Origin: Anaerolineae bacterium
GTDB taxonomy: Bacteria; Chloroflexota; Anaerolineae; Aggregatilineales; UBA3940
Reading direction: 5' to 3'
Assembly (NCBI GenBank): GCA_034434995.1
Contig: DAOTYF010000055.1
Span: forward strand, 499-64,498
DNA length: 64,000 bases
In this document: in pieces, positions 1 to 8,446 of the stretch
Layout of the letters: each line of letters opens with the position of its first letter
Numbering within the stretch: position 1 is the first letter of the stretch
Translations under genes and position numbers: made by a program
Notes under the pieces: generated by a model
The model's database searches: none
Seen by the model: the letters and a program-made list of their open reading frames with translations, nothing else
What the model was told of the DNA's origin: nothing

Positions 1-1461
1 AACGAGGTGATGGACACGATCATCGAGCTAACGGGGGCCGAGCGCGGCTATCTGATGTTGCGCAATGAAGAAACCGGGGAAATGGAATTCCGCATTGCGC
101 GCAATGTGGATCGGGAGACTATTGATAGCGCGGCATTTGAGGTGAGCCGGAGCATTCTCAATCGGGTGGCGGAGACGGGCGAAGCCGTTGTGACGACTAA
201 TGCCCAAGAGGACGCACGCTTTCAGGATGCAGTGAGCATTGTCAGCTACAGCCTGCGCTCAATTCTGTGTGTCCCGCTCATCGTCAAGGGCGAGGTGACG
301 GGTGTCATCTATACAGATAACAAGATACATGCTGGGCTATTTACCGAGGAGACGCGCGACCTGTTGGTGGCTTTCGCCAACCAGGCTGCTGTAGCTATCG
401 AGAACGCCCGGCTGTTTGCCCGTGTCACAGCGACGCTTGAGGCGATCAGCGCCATGAAGAATTTACAGGATAACATCTTCGCCTCGATTGCGTCAGGGGT
501 CATTACGACCGATGATCTTGAGCATGTCACCCTGATCAACCGCCGCGCTCAGCAAATCCTCGATCTAGAAGACCGGGAGCAGCTAGTGGGATTGGGCTTG
601 CGAGATATTCTGCCGATGTTGGGGCCGCGGTTTGATACCATGCTGGCACAAATCCTGCTGGCGGGGCAGCGGCTGACCGGTATCGAGTTCGAGACCGAAG
701 TCGGCAGGCGAGGACGAGTTAACCTCAGCATGAATCTCAGCCCGTTGCGCGATGCCTATGAGCATACGCAGGGCGTCGCCATTGTGCTGGACGACCTGAC
801 TGACATCAAGCGTCGTGAGGCACAGATTGCGGGAGTACGTCGTTACCTTCCAACCGAAGTGGTAGATGGCATCCGCAGTGCCGAAGAGTTGAAACTGGGT
901 GGAACTCGGCAGGTGATCTCCATCCTTTTTGCTGATATTCGCGGGTTTTCTACGTTCAGCGAGCAGTTGGTTCCAGAGAAGCTGGTCGAAATTCTGAACA
1001 TCTATATGACAATCGCCTCAGATGCAATCCATATGCAACAGGGGGTCATCGATAAATTCATGGGTGATGCCGTCATGGCCCTCTACAATACACCCCTCCG
1101 TCCCCAGCAGGATCACGCGCTGCGAGCCGTACGCACTGCAGCGGCAATGATGGCAGACATCCGCGCCTACCACCAGACCGCTGCTGCTAGTGAGCGGCTA
1201 CAGTTTGGTATTGGGGTCCATACGGGTGAGGCCGTGGTTGGCAACATCGGTAGCCCGGAGCGCCTTGACTACACAGCGATGGGCGATAGCGTGAACCTGG
1301 CCAAGCGATTACAAGAGGTCGCCAAGCCGATGCAAATCCTGCTCAGCGATGCGACCTACCAGGCTGTCAAGGATTACGTTGTCGTGAGCGAGTTGGAGCC
1401 GATTCAGGTCAAGGGGCGCACCCAGTACACCAAGGTCTATGAGCTGGTGCGTGTCTCCTGA
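1..1461 (+). CDS. GAF-PAS-class III adenylate/guanylate cyclase sensor protein (5' partial)
   Basis: The frame is open through nt 1-6, so the N-terminus probably lies outside the window. It has a GAF-like N-terminal part, a PAS-like middle and a C-terminal cyclase homology domain (ILFADIRGFSTFSE, KFMGDAVMALYN, GIGVHTGEAVVGNIG, YTAMGDSVNLAKRL). Confidence 0.85.
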   Translation, partial: NEVMDTIIELTGAERGYLMLRNEETGEMEFRIARNVDRETIDSAAFEVSRSILNRVAETGEAVVTTNAQEDARFQDAVSIVSYSLRSILCVPLIVKGEVTGVIYTDNKIHAGLFTEETRDLLVAFANQAAVAIENARLFARVTATLEAISAMKNLQDNIFASIASGVITTDDLEHVTLINRRAQQILDLEDREQLVGLGLRDILPMLGPRFDTMLAQILLAGQRLTGIEFETEVGRRGRVNLSMNLSPLRDAYEHTQGVAIVLDDLTDIKRREAQIAGVRRYLPTEVVDGIRSAEELKLGGTRQVISILFADIRGFSTFSEQLVPEKLVEILNIYMTIASDAIHMQQGVIDKFMGDAVMALYNTPLRPQQDHALRAVRTAAAMMADIRAYHQTAAASERLQFGIGVHTGEAVVGNIGSPERLDYTAMGDSVNLAKRLQEVAKPMQILLSDATYQAVKDYVVVSELEPIQVKGRTQYTKVYELVRVS

Positions 1462-1494
1462 TCTGCGCCTGATGGGGCGGGGGGGGGCGGAACA

Positions 1495-1525
1495 TGCAAC
1501 CTCCACCATCGCGGGCCAGGTTGCA
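1495..1525. terminator. 8-bp hairpin (TGCAACCT/AGGTTGCA, 15-nt loop) between convergent genes
   Basis: The inverted repeat was read directly at 1495-1502 and 1518-1525. It lies between the stops of the cyclase gene and the M23 peptidase gene. There is no clear U-tract. Confidence 0.3.
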
Positions 1526-1577
1526 CAAGTAGTGCGGCCTTTAGGGGAGGTAGTTGTGGCGCTCACCGGGTTCGGTC

Positions 1578-2684
1578 CTAAGGAACACTGCGGGTATCCC
1601 GGATCGGGATAAAATCGTAAGGGTTCTGTGCCGCATCACTGTCCCGGATTTCAAAGTGCAGATGAATGCCTGTGGCGTTGCCGCTCATTCCCATCTGGCC
1701 AATGATCTGCCCTTTAGATACCTGATCGCCGCAGCCAACAAACCGCGCTGAAAGATGGCCGTAGTACGTCGTCCATCCATCGCCATGATCGAGGATGATC
1801 AACTCGCCATAGCCATCTCGGTGCCAGCCTGCAAATACAACAACCCCGGTCTCAGCAGCATATACCGCTGTGCCATACTCCCCTGCCAGATCAACGCCGG
1901 GATGCCAAGCTGCAAAACCGGTCGTGACACGGTAAGGGGCATCGCCCAAGGGGTTGTCATACACGCCAAGCCCCCCTGTCCCGGAGTAATGCGCCCGGCA
2001 GGAGCCAGGATGAACCGCCCCCTCGGGATTGGCCGATCCGCTTTGTGTACCTGTGCGGATCGGTGCCTGCCACGCAATGAACTCACGCCGGCCCCCTGGC
2101 ACAACAATCCGAAGCCCAGCGGGGGGCACATAGCTACTCCCGACATCGGACAGTTGATTGAACTCGGAGTACAGAATATCACCAGGGGTAACGCCGTATT
2201 GGGCAGCGATCTCTGCAATGGTCTGGGTTCCATCTGAGAAATGGTAGACCCCATCCACAGGCAGGATGTATAGCTCTACGCCCACTTGCAACAGATTGAC
2301 ATTGTCTCGAAGTATCTCCGTGTTGGCCCAGAAAATAGTGGTCGGTTCCAGGCCGAACTGCTCCGCGATGCCAAACAGGGTGTCTCCAGGCACAACCGTA
2401 TGTTTCAATACATGCCGCCGGGTTGCGACTGGAAAGCCATCCGGGGCCAATTCTTGACCCTCGTCAAAGATGGGCTGAGTTTGGCTGGAGGTGTTATTTG
2501 GAGGCTGGCTACTGTGCCCAGCCAGAGGGGCAGGCTGGCGCTGGAGGATCAGATCGGCCAGGGCGGCAGGCAGGGGATCTATATCCAGGTCCGGTATGCC
2601 CCACTTCAGGCCGACACCGATCAGGATACCCAGGGCGATGATCAACAACAGGAGGAAGTTGGGGGACAAGCGGTCTCGGCGCAT
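1578..2684 (-). CDS. LysM-domain M23 family metallopeptidase
   Basis: It has an N-terminal membrane anchor (LLLLIIALGILIGV) and two LysM-like repeats (VVPGDTLFGIAEQFG; QTIAEIAAQYGVTPGDI). C-terminal M23 motifs are present (HPGVDLAG, GNATGIHLHFEIR). Confidence 0.85.
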   Translation of the reverse strand: MRRDRLSPNFLLLLIIALGILIGVGLKWGIPDLDIDPLPAALADLILQRQPAPLAGHSSQPPNNTSSQTQPIFDEGQELAPDGFPVATRRHVLKHTVVPGDTLFGIAEQFGLEPTTIFWANTEILRDNVNLLQVGVELYILPVDGVYHFSDGTQTIAEIAAQYGVTPGDILYSEFNQLSDVGSSYVPPAGLRIVVPGGRREFIAWQAPIRTGTQSGSANPEGAVHPGSCRAHYSGTGGLGVYDNPLGDAPYRVTTGFAAWHPGVDLAGEYGTAVYAAETGVVVFAGWHRDGYGELIILDHGDGWTTYYGHLSARFVGCGDQVSKGQIIGQMGMSGNATGIHLHFEIRDSDAAQNPYDFIPIRDTRSVP

Positions 2685-2885
2685 GGATGATGCTCAAGGA
2701 GCCGATATGCTCACTGAGTGGCATGTGCGGATCATAGCGCTCGGCTTACTGGGCGTCAACGGATGGTTCGCAGAGTGACCTGCGTTTTGCCGCGCGACAT
2801 AGGCTGTGCTACGCTAGAGCATGGATCGCTTGTTCGAGGCAGGAAGGTGGCCTTGACCGCAGGGTAGGGCTAACGAGGGAGGCAC

Positions 2886-3821
2886 ATGGACAGCGACGCT
2901 CATGTGCTGGTGATCGGCGCGGCTAATCTTGATATCAAAGGCCGCCCTGAAACACCGTTGGTGCGTGGCAGTTCCACCCCAGGGCGCATTCAACTCAGCC
3001 CTGGCGGAGTCGCCCGCAACATCGCTGAGAATCTCGCTCGCTTAGATGTGGATACCGTGTTGCTAACCGCCGTTGGAGACGATGATGCAGGCGCGCGTGT
3101 TCTGGCCCATGCAGCAGGAAGCGGGATCGACACTAGTGAGGCGCTTGTTATAAGCAGCCAGCCAACCAGCGTTTACATGGCATTGCTCGCCCCGGATGGC
3201 TCCTTAGATGTGGCCATGGATGATATGAGCTGCATTGCTGCTCTCACGCCTCACTATCTTGAATCCAAGCAGCACCTATTTCAGCAGGCAGCTATAGTTG
3301 CCATCGATGCCAATCTGACACCAGAAACGTTGACGGCGGTGATACGTCTGTGCAAGGAGCACCAAGTTCCCCTATGTGCCGATCCCACATCGGCAGCCCT
3401 GGCGGGCCGCCTGCGGCCCCATCTTGCCAGCTTTTCCATGATCTCTCCCAACGTGCTCGAAACCCAAGCACTATGCAGCCGCTCCTTCGCAGCAAATGAC
3501 ACAGAGGCTGCCAAGTCCGCAGCCAAGCGTCTTGTGGCTTTGGGAGTAGACATTGCAATCATTACATTAGCGGAGTTTGGGGCAGCCTATGCGAGCGCGG
3601 AGACGACTGGGCACGTACCTGCCCTCCAAACACAGGTGGTTGATCCGACCGGGGCAGGAGACGCCATGACCGCAGCCATCATCTTTGGTCTGCTGGAAGG
3701 CATTCCACTCGACGAATGTGTGCGACTGGGTGTGGCGGCTGCCTCACTGACCCTGCGGACGACCGACACAGTCCGCCGCGATCTCAGCGTTGACTTACTC
3801 TATGATGCCCTAATAACGTGA
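2886..3821 (+). CDS. psuK: PfkB-family carbohydrate kinase, likely pseudouridine kinase
   Basis: PfkB motifs are present (SPGGVARNIAENL; DPTGAGDAMTAAI). It resembles E. coli YeiC overall and sits immediately upstream of psuG. An AGGGAGG RBS lies upstream. Confidence 0.8.
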   Translation: MDSDAHVLVIGAANLDIKGRPETPLVRGSSTPGRIQLSPGGVARNIAENLARLDVDTVLLTAVGDDDAGARVLAHAAGSGIDTSEALVISSQPTSVYMALLAPDGSLDVAMDDMSCIAALTPHYLESKQHLFQQAAIVAIDANLTPETLTAVIRLCKEHQVPLCADPTSAALAGRLRPHLASFSMISPNVLETQALCSRSFAANDTEAAKSAAKRLVALGVDIAIITLAEFGAAYASAETTGHVPALQTQVVDPTGAGDAMTAAIIFGLLEGIPLDECVRLGVAAASLTLRTTDTVRRDLSVDLLYDALIT

Positions 3822-3840
3822 GTGGCAACCTGCGCCAACT

Positions 3841-4755
3841 ATGCTACCCCGACAATATGTCAGAATAGCCTCCGAGGTTCGCTCGGCACTTGTTGCAGGC
3901 CAAGCCGTTGTGGCTCTGGAATCAACGGTGATCGCACATGGTCTGCCACGCCCCGCCAATCTTGACACGGCCCGGCGCATCGAGGCGGCGATTCGTGAGG
4001 AGGGCGCGATCCCGGCGACGATTGGTATTATTGATGGGTTAGTCACCGTCGGACTTAACGATGCGGAACTGGAGCAGCTCGCCACGAGTGAAGGCGTGCG
4101 GAAGGTGTCGCGGCGGGATATTGGGATCGCGGTGGCGCGGGGGGAGAACGGCGCGACAACTGTTGCTGGGACCATGATCGCCGCTCATTGGGCAGGGATT
4201 CGCGTCTTTGCCACTGGCGGGATTGGTGGAGTACATCGGGGGGACGCTGGGGACATCTCGGCTGATCTACCGGAGCTGGCCCAGACTCCCGTCGCGGTGA
4301 TATGCGCTGGCGCCAAATCGATCCTCGACCTGCCGCGCACACTTGAATGGCTGGAAACTGCCGGGGTCCCGGTGATCGGCTATAACACGGATACCTTCCC
4401 GGCCTTCTACGCCGTCAGCAGCGGGCTGCCGGTGGATGTCTGTGTGAACTCACCGCAGGAAGTAGCAAACATCCTCCAGGCCAAGTGGGCGCTGGGGCTG
4501 ACCGGTGGCGCGTTGATCGTTGTGCCTCCACCCGCCGATCTGGCGCTGCCTGCCGTTGTAATGGAGGAGGCTATCGAGCAGGCCCTTCGCACATGCGCTA
4601 TGGAGGGCATTAGCGGGAAAGCCGTTACCCCCTTTCTTCTGTCCTGCGTGAATGAAGCCACCAGCGGGCGTAGCCTGAAAGTTAACATCGCCCTTCTTGA
4701 ACAAAACGCGCGGGTTGCCGCGCGAGTTGCGTTGGCCCTGGCTGGCGCTGTATAG
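3841..4755 (+). CDS. psuG: pseudouridine-5'-phosphate glycosidase
   Basis: Similarity to YeiN/IndA-family proteins is strong (VVALESTVIAHGLPRP, GATTVAGTMIAAHWAGIRVFATGGIGGVHRG, ISADLPELAQTPVAVICAGAKSILDL). Confidence 0.9.
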   Translation: MLPRQYVRIASEVRSALVAGQAVVALESTVIAHGLPRPANLDTARRIEAAIREEGAIPATIGIIDGLVTVGLNDAELEQLATSEGVRKVSRRDIGIAVARGENGATTVAGTMIAAHWAGIRVFATGGIGGVHRGDAGDISADLPELAQTPVAVICAGAKSILDLPRTLEWLETAGVPVIGYNTDTFPAFYAVSSGLPVDVCVNSPQEVANILQAKWALGLTGGALIVVPPPADLALPAVVMEEAIEQALRTCAMEGISGKAVTPFLLSCVNEATSGRSLKVNIALLEQNARVAARVALALAGAV

Positions 4756-4871
4756 CCATCTTGCCGGTCGGCGGCTACGATCATCGGGGTTGCTCCCAGC
4801 GATTTCCCCCTTCGTATTGCGCATCGCGGTACGCGACGCGCCCAGTGGAGCGCCCGCCTGCGGGAGATCCA

Positions 4872-5852
4872 ATGACTGAGCCAAATCTGGCCCCGACTCC
4901 ATCTCGTCTAGCCGTAATGGCAGCCTTCGCAGCCATCTATCTGATCTGGGGTTCGACCTACCTGGGCATCCGCATTGCTATTGAAACCCTGCCGCCGTTC
5001 TTTATGGCCGGAGTGCGGTTTCTGGTCGCCGGAGGGCTTCTCTACATCTGGGCGCGGCTACGGGGTGCTCCCCGCCCAACTCGCTCTAACTGGGGGGCCA
5101 CATTGATCATTGGCGGATTGCTCCTGTTAGGTGGTAATGGTGGTGTGACCTGGTCGGAGCAAACCGTCCCATCTGGCTTGGTAGCCCTGCTGGTTGCACT
5201 TGTTCCCTTATGGGTGGTGGTGATCGATTGGCTTCGTCCTGGTGGCGTTCGCCCCAGCGCGCCGATCATCGGCGGACTGGTGCTGGGCCTAGCCGGGATG
5301 GTGCTGCTGATCGGGCCAGGTGACATCGGTGGAGGCAGCTCAGTGGGCCTTGTCGACACTCTGGTACTGATGGGGGCATCGCTGTCATGGTCAATTGGCT
5401 CGGTCTACTCGAGGTACGCCGCCCTGCCGGAGTCGCCATTGATGACAACGGCCATGGAGATGCTGTGTGGCGGGGCATTACTCTCAGCACTGGGGGGGTT
5501 GACCGGTGAATGGTCGCGGCTTGACCTGGGCGTTGTTTCGCTCCGTTCGATCTTCGCTCTAGCCTATCTGATCGTTTTCGGGGCCATTGTGGCTTTCAGT
5601 GCCTACACCTGGTTGCTGAGAGTCGTGCCGCCCGCCCGCGCGGCAACCTACGCCTACGTCAACCCGGTAGTGGCTGTAGTTCTGGGCGCCCTTGCTGGAG
5701 AGCCATTGACAGCCCGGACTCTGATCGCCGCTGTGATCATCATCATTGCTGTTGTGCTGATCACAACCTACCGACTGCAGGGCGCAGTGCCTCCGGTGCG
5801 ACCATCGCCTGTGCAGGAAGTCGAGCAACAGATCGCCGGTCTGGGGGATTGA
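4872..5852 (+). CDS. EamA/DMT-family transporter
   Basis: It has about 10 hydrophobic segments in two EamA-like halves (IWGSTYLGIRIAIETLPPFFMAG ... AYTWLLRVVPPARAATYAYVNPVVAVVLG). The start was trimmed to the ATG at 4872 because the longer ORF adds an Arg/Pro-rich non-membrane leader. Confidence 0.8.
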   Translation: MTEPNLAPTPSRLAVMAAFAAIYLIWGSTYLGIRIAIETLPPFFMAGVRFLVAGGLLYIWARLRGAPRPTRSNWGATLIIGGLLLLGGNGGVTWSEQTVPSGLVALLVALVPLWVVVIDWLRPGGVRPSAPIIGGLVLGLAGMVLLIGPGDIGGGSSVGLVDTLVLMGASLSWSIGSVYSRYAALPESPLMTTAMEMLCGGALLSALGGLTGEWSRLDLGVVSLRSIFALAYLIVFGAIVAFSAYTWLLRVVPPARAATYAYVNPVVAVVLGALAGEPLTARTLIAAVIIIIAVVLITTYRLQGAVPPVRPSPVQEVEQQIAGLGD

Positions 5853-5896
5853 CTCGCTTCAATCTGGTGGGACTGCCGGGGTAGCGTTCCTTGCGC

Positions 5897-5924
5897 GGCC
5901 CCAGGCGGTTCGTGGGCCTTTTTA
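5897..5924 (+). terminator. weak intrinsic terminator after the EamA gene
   Basis: GGCCC (5897-5901) pairs with GGGCC (5914-5918) and is followed by TTTTTA. The stem is short, so support is modest. Confidence 0.35.
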
Positions 5925-5963
5925 TGAACACTCTTTAATCCGGCAGCATAGGGAGGTGGATCG

Positions 5964-7235
5964 GTGACAGCAACCTTTTATGATCTCACCGAAGAGCAGA
6001 TCATCGCGGATTTTGGACGGTATGTCTCGTCAGGCAAAGTAGAGCTTTACCGTCAGATGGGGCTGGCAACGGTTCCTGGAAAGCGCGAGGGGGTGCGTAT
6101 TTGGAGCCGCGACGGCAGCCGCTCACTGATCAACTGCCGTGCCAGCGGTGGGGTATTTAACCTGGGCCACCGGCCTCCTGCCATTGTTGATGCGATCCGG
6201 TGCGCTCTGGACACACTGGACATCAACGATCACCTGCTTATGAGCGAACCTCGTGCCATGCTAGCCCATCGCCTCGCGGAGCTGCTGCCCGGCGACATAC
6301 AGTACACGACGTTCGGCGTCAGTGGAGGGGAGGCAGTGGACTTTGCCCTGAAGCTGGCGCGCGGGTTCACTGGTCGGCCCGGCGTGATCTCAGTACGAGG
6401 CGGCTATCACGGTCACACCGGGCTGGCACTGGCGGCAGGCGACCCTGCCTTTCGGGACCCTTTTGGCCCCCCGGCACCAGGTTTCACGCAGGTTTCATTT
6501 GGCGATGTCCCGGCGCTGGCGCAGGCAATGAGCGATCAGGTAGCTGCTGTCATCATCGAGACAATTCCAGCCACTGCTGGCATTCTTATCCCCCCGGAAG
6601 GCTATCTCACCGCGATCCGGGAGTTATGCGACCAATACGGGGCATTGTTCGTGGCCGATGAGGTACAGGCAGGGCTGGGGCGCACAGGGCGACTTTGGGG
6701 TATCGATCACTGGGGGATCATTCCCGATGTGATGGTGCTGGGCAAAGGATTAAGCGGCGCGATTTACCCGATCACAGCCACTTGCTACAAGCCAGAGCTG
6801 GATCGTTGGCTGGCAAAGACCAACCCCTTTATCCATATCTCGACCTTCGGAGGTTCTGATCTCGGTTGTATAGCCGCGCTGACGATGCTCAATATCATCA
6901 CTGCGCCCGGCTTCATGGAGCATGTCGAGCAGATGGGGGATCGTCTCATGCATGGGCTGCGGACACTCCAAGCCCAGATGCCGCAATTGATCAGCGAGGT
7001 GCGCGGCAAGGGCCTGATGATCGGGGTTGAATTAGCTGGTGAGCAGTTCGGCCCGATGTTGACGGTGCTGCTGGCCCAACACGGCGTGCTGGCCGTGTAT
7101 GCGAACAACCGGCCATCCACCATGATCGTTATGCCACCGCTGATCATCACCGCTGACGAAGTAGATGAAGTGCTCGACGCCTTCGGCAAGTGCTTTGCCA
7201 TCATGGCCGGACGCCTGGGGAATGAGGGAGAATGA
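5964..7235 (+). CDS. class III pyridoxal-phosphate-dependent aminotransferase family protein
   Basis: It uses a GTG start with a GGGAGGTGG RBS. Class III motifs are present (GYHGHTG, FVADEVQAGLGRTGRLWG, VMVLGKGLSG carrying the candidate PLP lysine, and STFGGS). Confidence 0.85.
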   Translation: MTATFYDLTEEQIIADFGRYVSSGKVELYRQMGLATVPGKREGVRIWSRDGSRSLINCRASGGVFNLGHRPPAIVDAIRCALDTLDINDHLLMSEPRAMLAHRLAELLPGDIQYTTFGVSGGEAVDFALKLARGFTGRPGVISVRGGYHGHTGLALAAGDPAFRDPFGPPAPGFTQVSFGDVPALAQAMSDQVAAVIIETIPATAGILIPPEGYLTAIRELCDQYGALFVADEVQAGLGRTGRLWGIDHWGIIPDVMVLGKGLSGAIYPITATCYKPELDRWLAKTNPFIHISTFGGSDLGCIAALTMLNIITAPGFMEHVEQMGDRLMHGLRTLQAQMPQLISEVRGKGLMIGVELAGEQFGPMLTVLLAQHGVLAVYANNRPSTMIVMPPLIITADEVDEVLDAFGKCFAIMAGRLGNEGE

Positions 7236-7236
7236 G

Positions 7237-8235
7237 ATGCCCCATGTGATCCTCAAGAATCCGCCTGGCTTTGAGATTGATCTGGAACGCCTGCGTGCTT
7301 TCGAGCGTGGCCTCAACCCGCGCCGCCCAGAGCGCAGCGCGATCCCGGCCCAGGTGCTGGGCTATGGCGAGATCAGCACTGTGTTTGCGATTCAGATGGA
7401 GGGCCTGGATGGGCTGGCATTCAAACGCCTGCCAATCTTTCATTCTGACCAGGAAATGACTGCCTATCTGGCGATCTACGAGGAGTACAACCGGCTGCTT
7501 CAGGACGAGGTTGGCCTCTGTGTCGCGTTGCACGGACATGCAGGCTTTACGACGGACACAGGACACCCGGTCTTTTACATTATCCAACGCCGTGAGGCTG
7601 CCGAGTGTGTCGGCCATCGAGCGATCCACCTGATCCCACCGGAGCAGGTGTTGGAGCTGTTTCGGCGCGTGCTCGACCACCTGTGCCGTGTTTGGGCGTT
7701 CAACCAGCGACAGGATCGCGTGCAGATCGGGATTGATGGGCAGATCTCCAACTGGGCAATACAGGGGTTCGACCCTGCATATCCCGCACTGCCCCCTCAT
7801 CCAGACCTGTGTTACCTCGATACTAGCACGCCCCTGTTTCGTGTGGAAGGTCAGGAGCAGCTCGACACAGAGCTATTCCTGCGCAGTGCGCCATCGTTCC
7901 TGCGGTGGGTGTTGCGGCTGCTTTTCCTGGAGGATGTAGTCAACCGTTACTACGATCTACATCTGGTGGTGGTTGACCTGATAGCCAACTTCTATAAAGA
8001 GCAGCGTTCCGAACTGATCCCAGACCTCATCCGCACGGCCAACGAATTCTTTGCTGGGGGTGGAGCGGTATCAGGGATAGAGCCTGTGTCAGACCGGGAA
8101 GTGGCTGGCTATTATCGTGAGGATCGGCTGATTTGGTCGATCTACCAATCCATGCGCAGGCTGGATCGATTCCTCTATAGCCGACTCCTACGCCGCGAAT
8201 ATCCGTACATTCTGCCAGAGGCCATCAGGCGATAG
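7237..8235 (+). CDS. hypothetical protein with protein-kinase-like motifs
   Basis: The start was trimmed to the ATG at 7237, directly after the aminotransferase stop (7233-7235). Candidate G-loop is LGYGEISTVF, candidate catalytic Lys is in LAFKRLP, a DxxxxN element is IGIDGQISNW, and a DFG-like element is YLDTSTP. I do not recognise the family by name. Confidence 0.5.
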   Translation: MPHVILKNPPGFEIDLERLRAFERGLNPRRPERSAIPAQVLGYGEISTVFAIQMEGLDGLAFKRLPIFHSDQEMTAYLAIYEEYNRLLQDEVGLCVALHGHAGFTTDTGHPVFYIIQRREAAECVGHRAIHLIPPEQVLELFRRVLDHLCRVWAFNQRQDRVQIGIDGQISNWAIQGFDPAYPALPPHPDLCYLDTSTPLFRVEGQEQLDTELFLRSAPSFLRWVLRLLFLEDVVNRYYDLHLVVVDLIANFYKEQRSELIPDLIRTANEFFAGGGAVSGIEPVSDREVAGYYREDRLIWSIYQSMRRLDRFLYSRLLRREYPYILPEAIRR

Positions 8236-8319
8236 GACAAAGATCGGGCTTTGGCCCCCCTCATGGGTGGGGGACGATGTTACTACCGTTACGCCTTACT
8301 TGGTGACCCCTAAGGACAT

Positions 8320-8372
8320 GGGATGCACACCGGGCGTTTGCTCCCCATAGCAAACGCCCGGCGTGGGATGCA
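8320..8372. repeat. perfect 12-bp hairpin flanked by 8-bp direct repeats
   Basis: CCGGGCGTTTGC (8330-8341) pairs with GCAAACGCCCGG (8350-8361) across an 8-nt loop. GGGATGCA occurs on both flanks (8320-8327 and 8365-8372). The element lies between convergent genes. Confidence 0.6.
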
Positions 8373-8446
8373 GCACATTCGGCGCGATGATGTTGTGGCA
8401 TAGCAGCGAGTCTATGCCTGGGCGCTCAGGGTGATTCCGGGGCGGT

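Noticed and set aside
4756-4871. Guanidine (mini-ykkC / ykkC-III)-like hairpins upstream of the EamA transporter (CGCGGTACGCGACGCG).
   Set aside because: The loop is ACGC rather than the conserved ACGR within paired hairpins. The second hairpin is missing. EamA is not the usual guanidine-exporter family.
4761-4871. N-terminal extensions in the ORF track. Affected ORFs are 4761, 7165, 9223 (minus), 12713, 17855, 39916, 41153 (minus), 41606 (minus), 51672 (minus), 55737, 62428 (minus) and 63755 (minus).
   Set aside because: The extensions are Arg/Pro/Cys-rich, overlap upstream genes or lack an RBS. Internal ATG/GTG starts give canonical N-termini (for example MILALDTAT, MKLVLAIVQD, MRIHF preceded by AGGAG) and tight operon spacing. 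The trimmed coordinates are reported instead.
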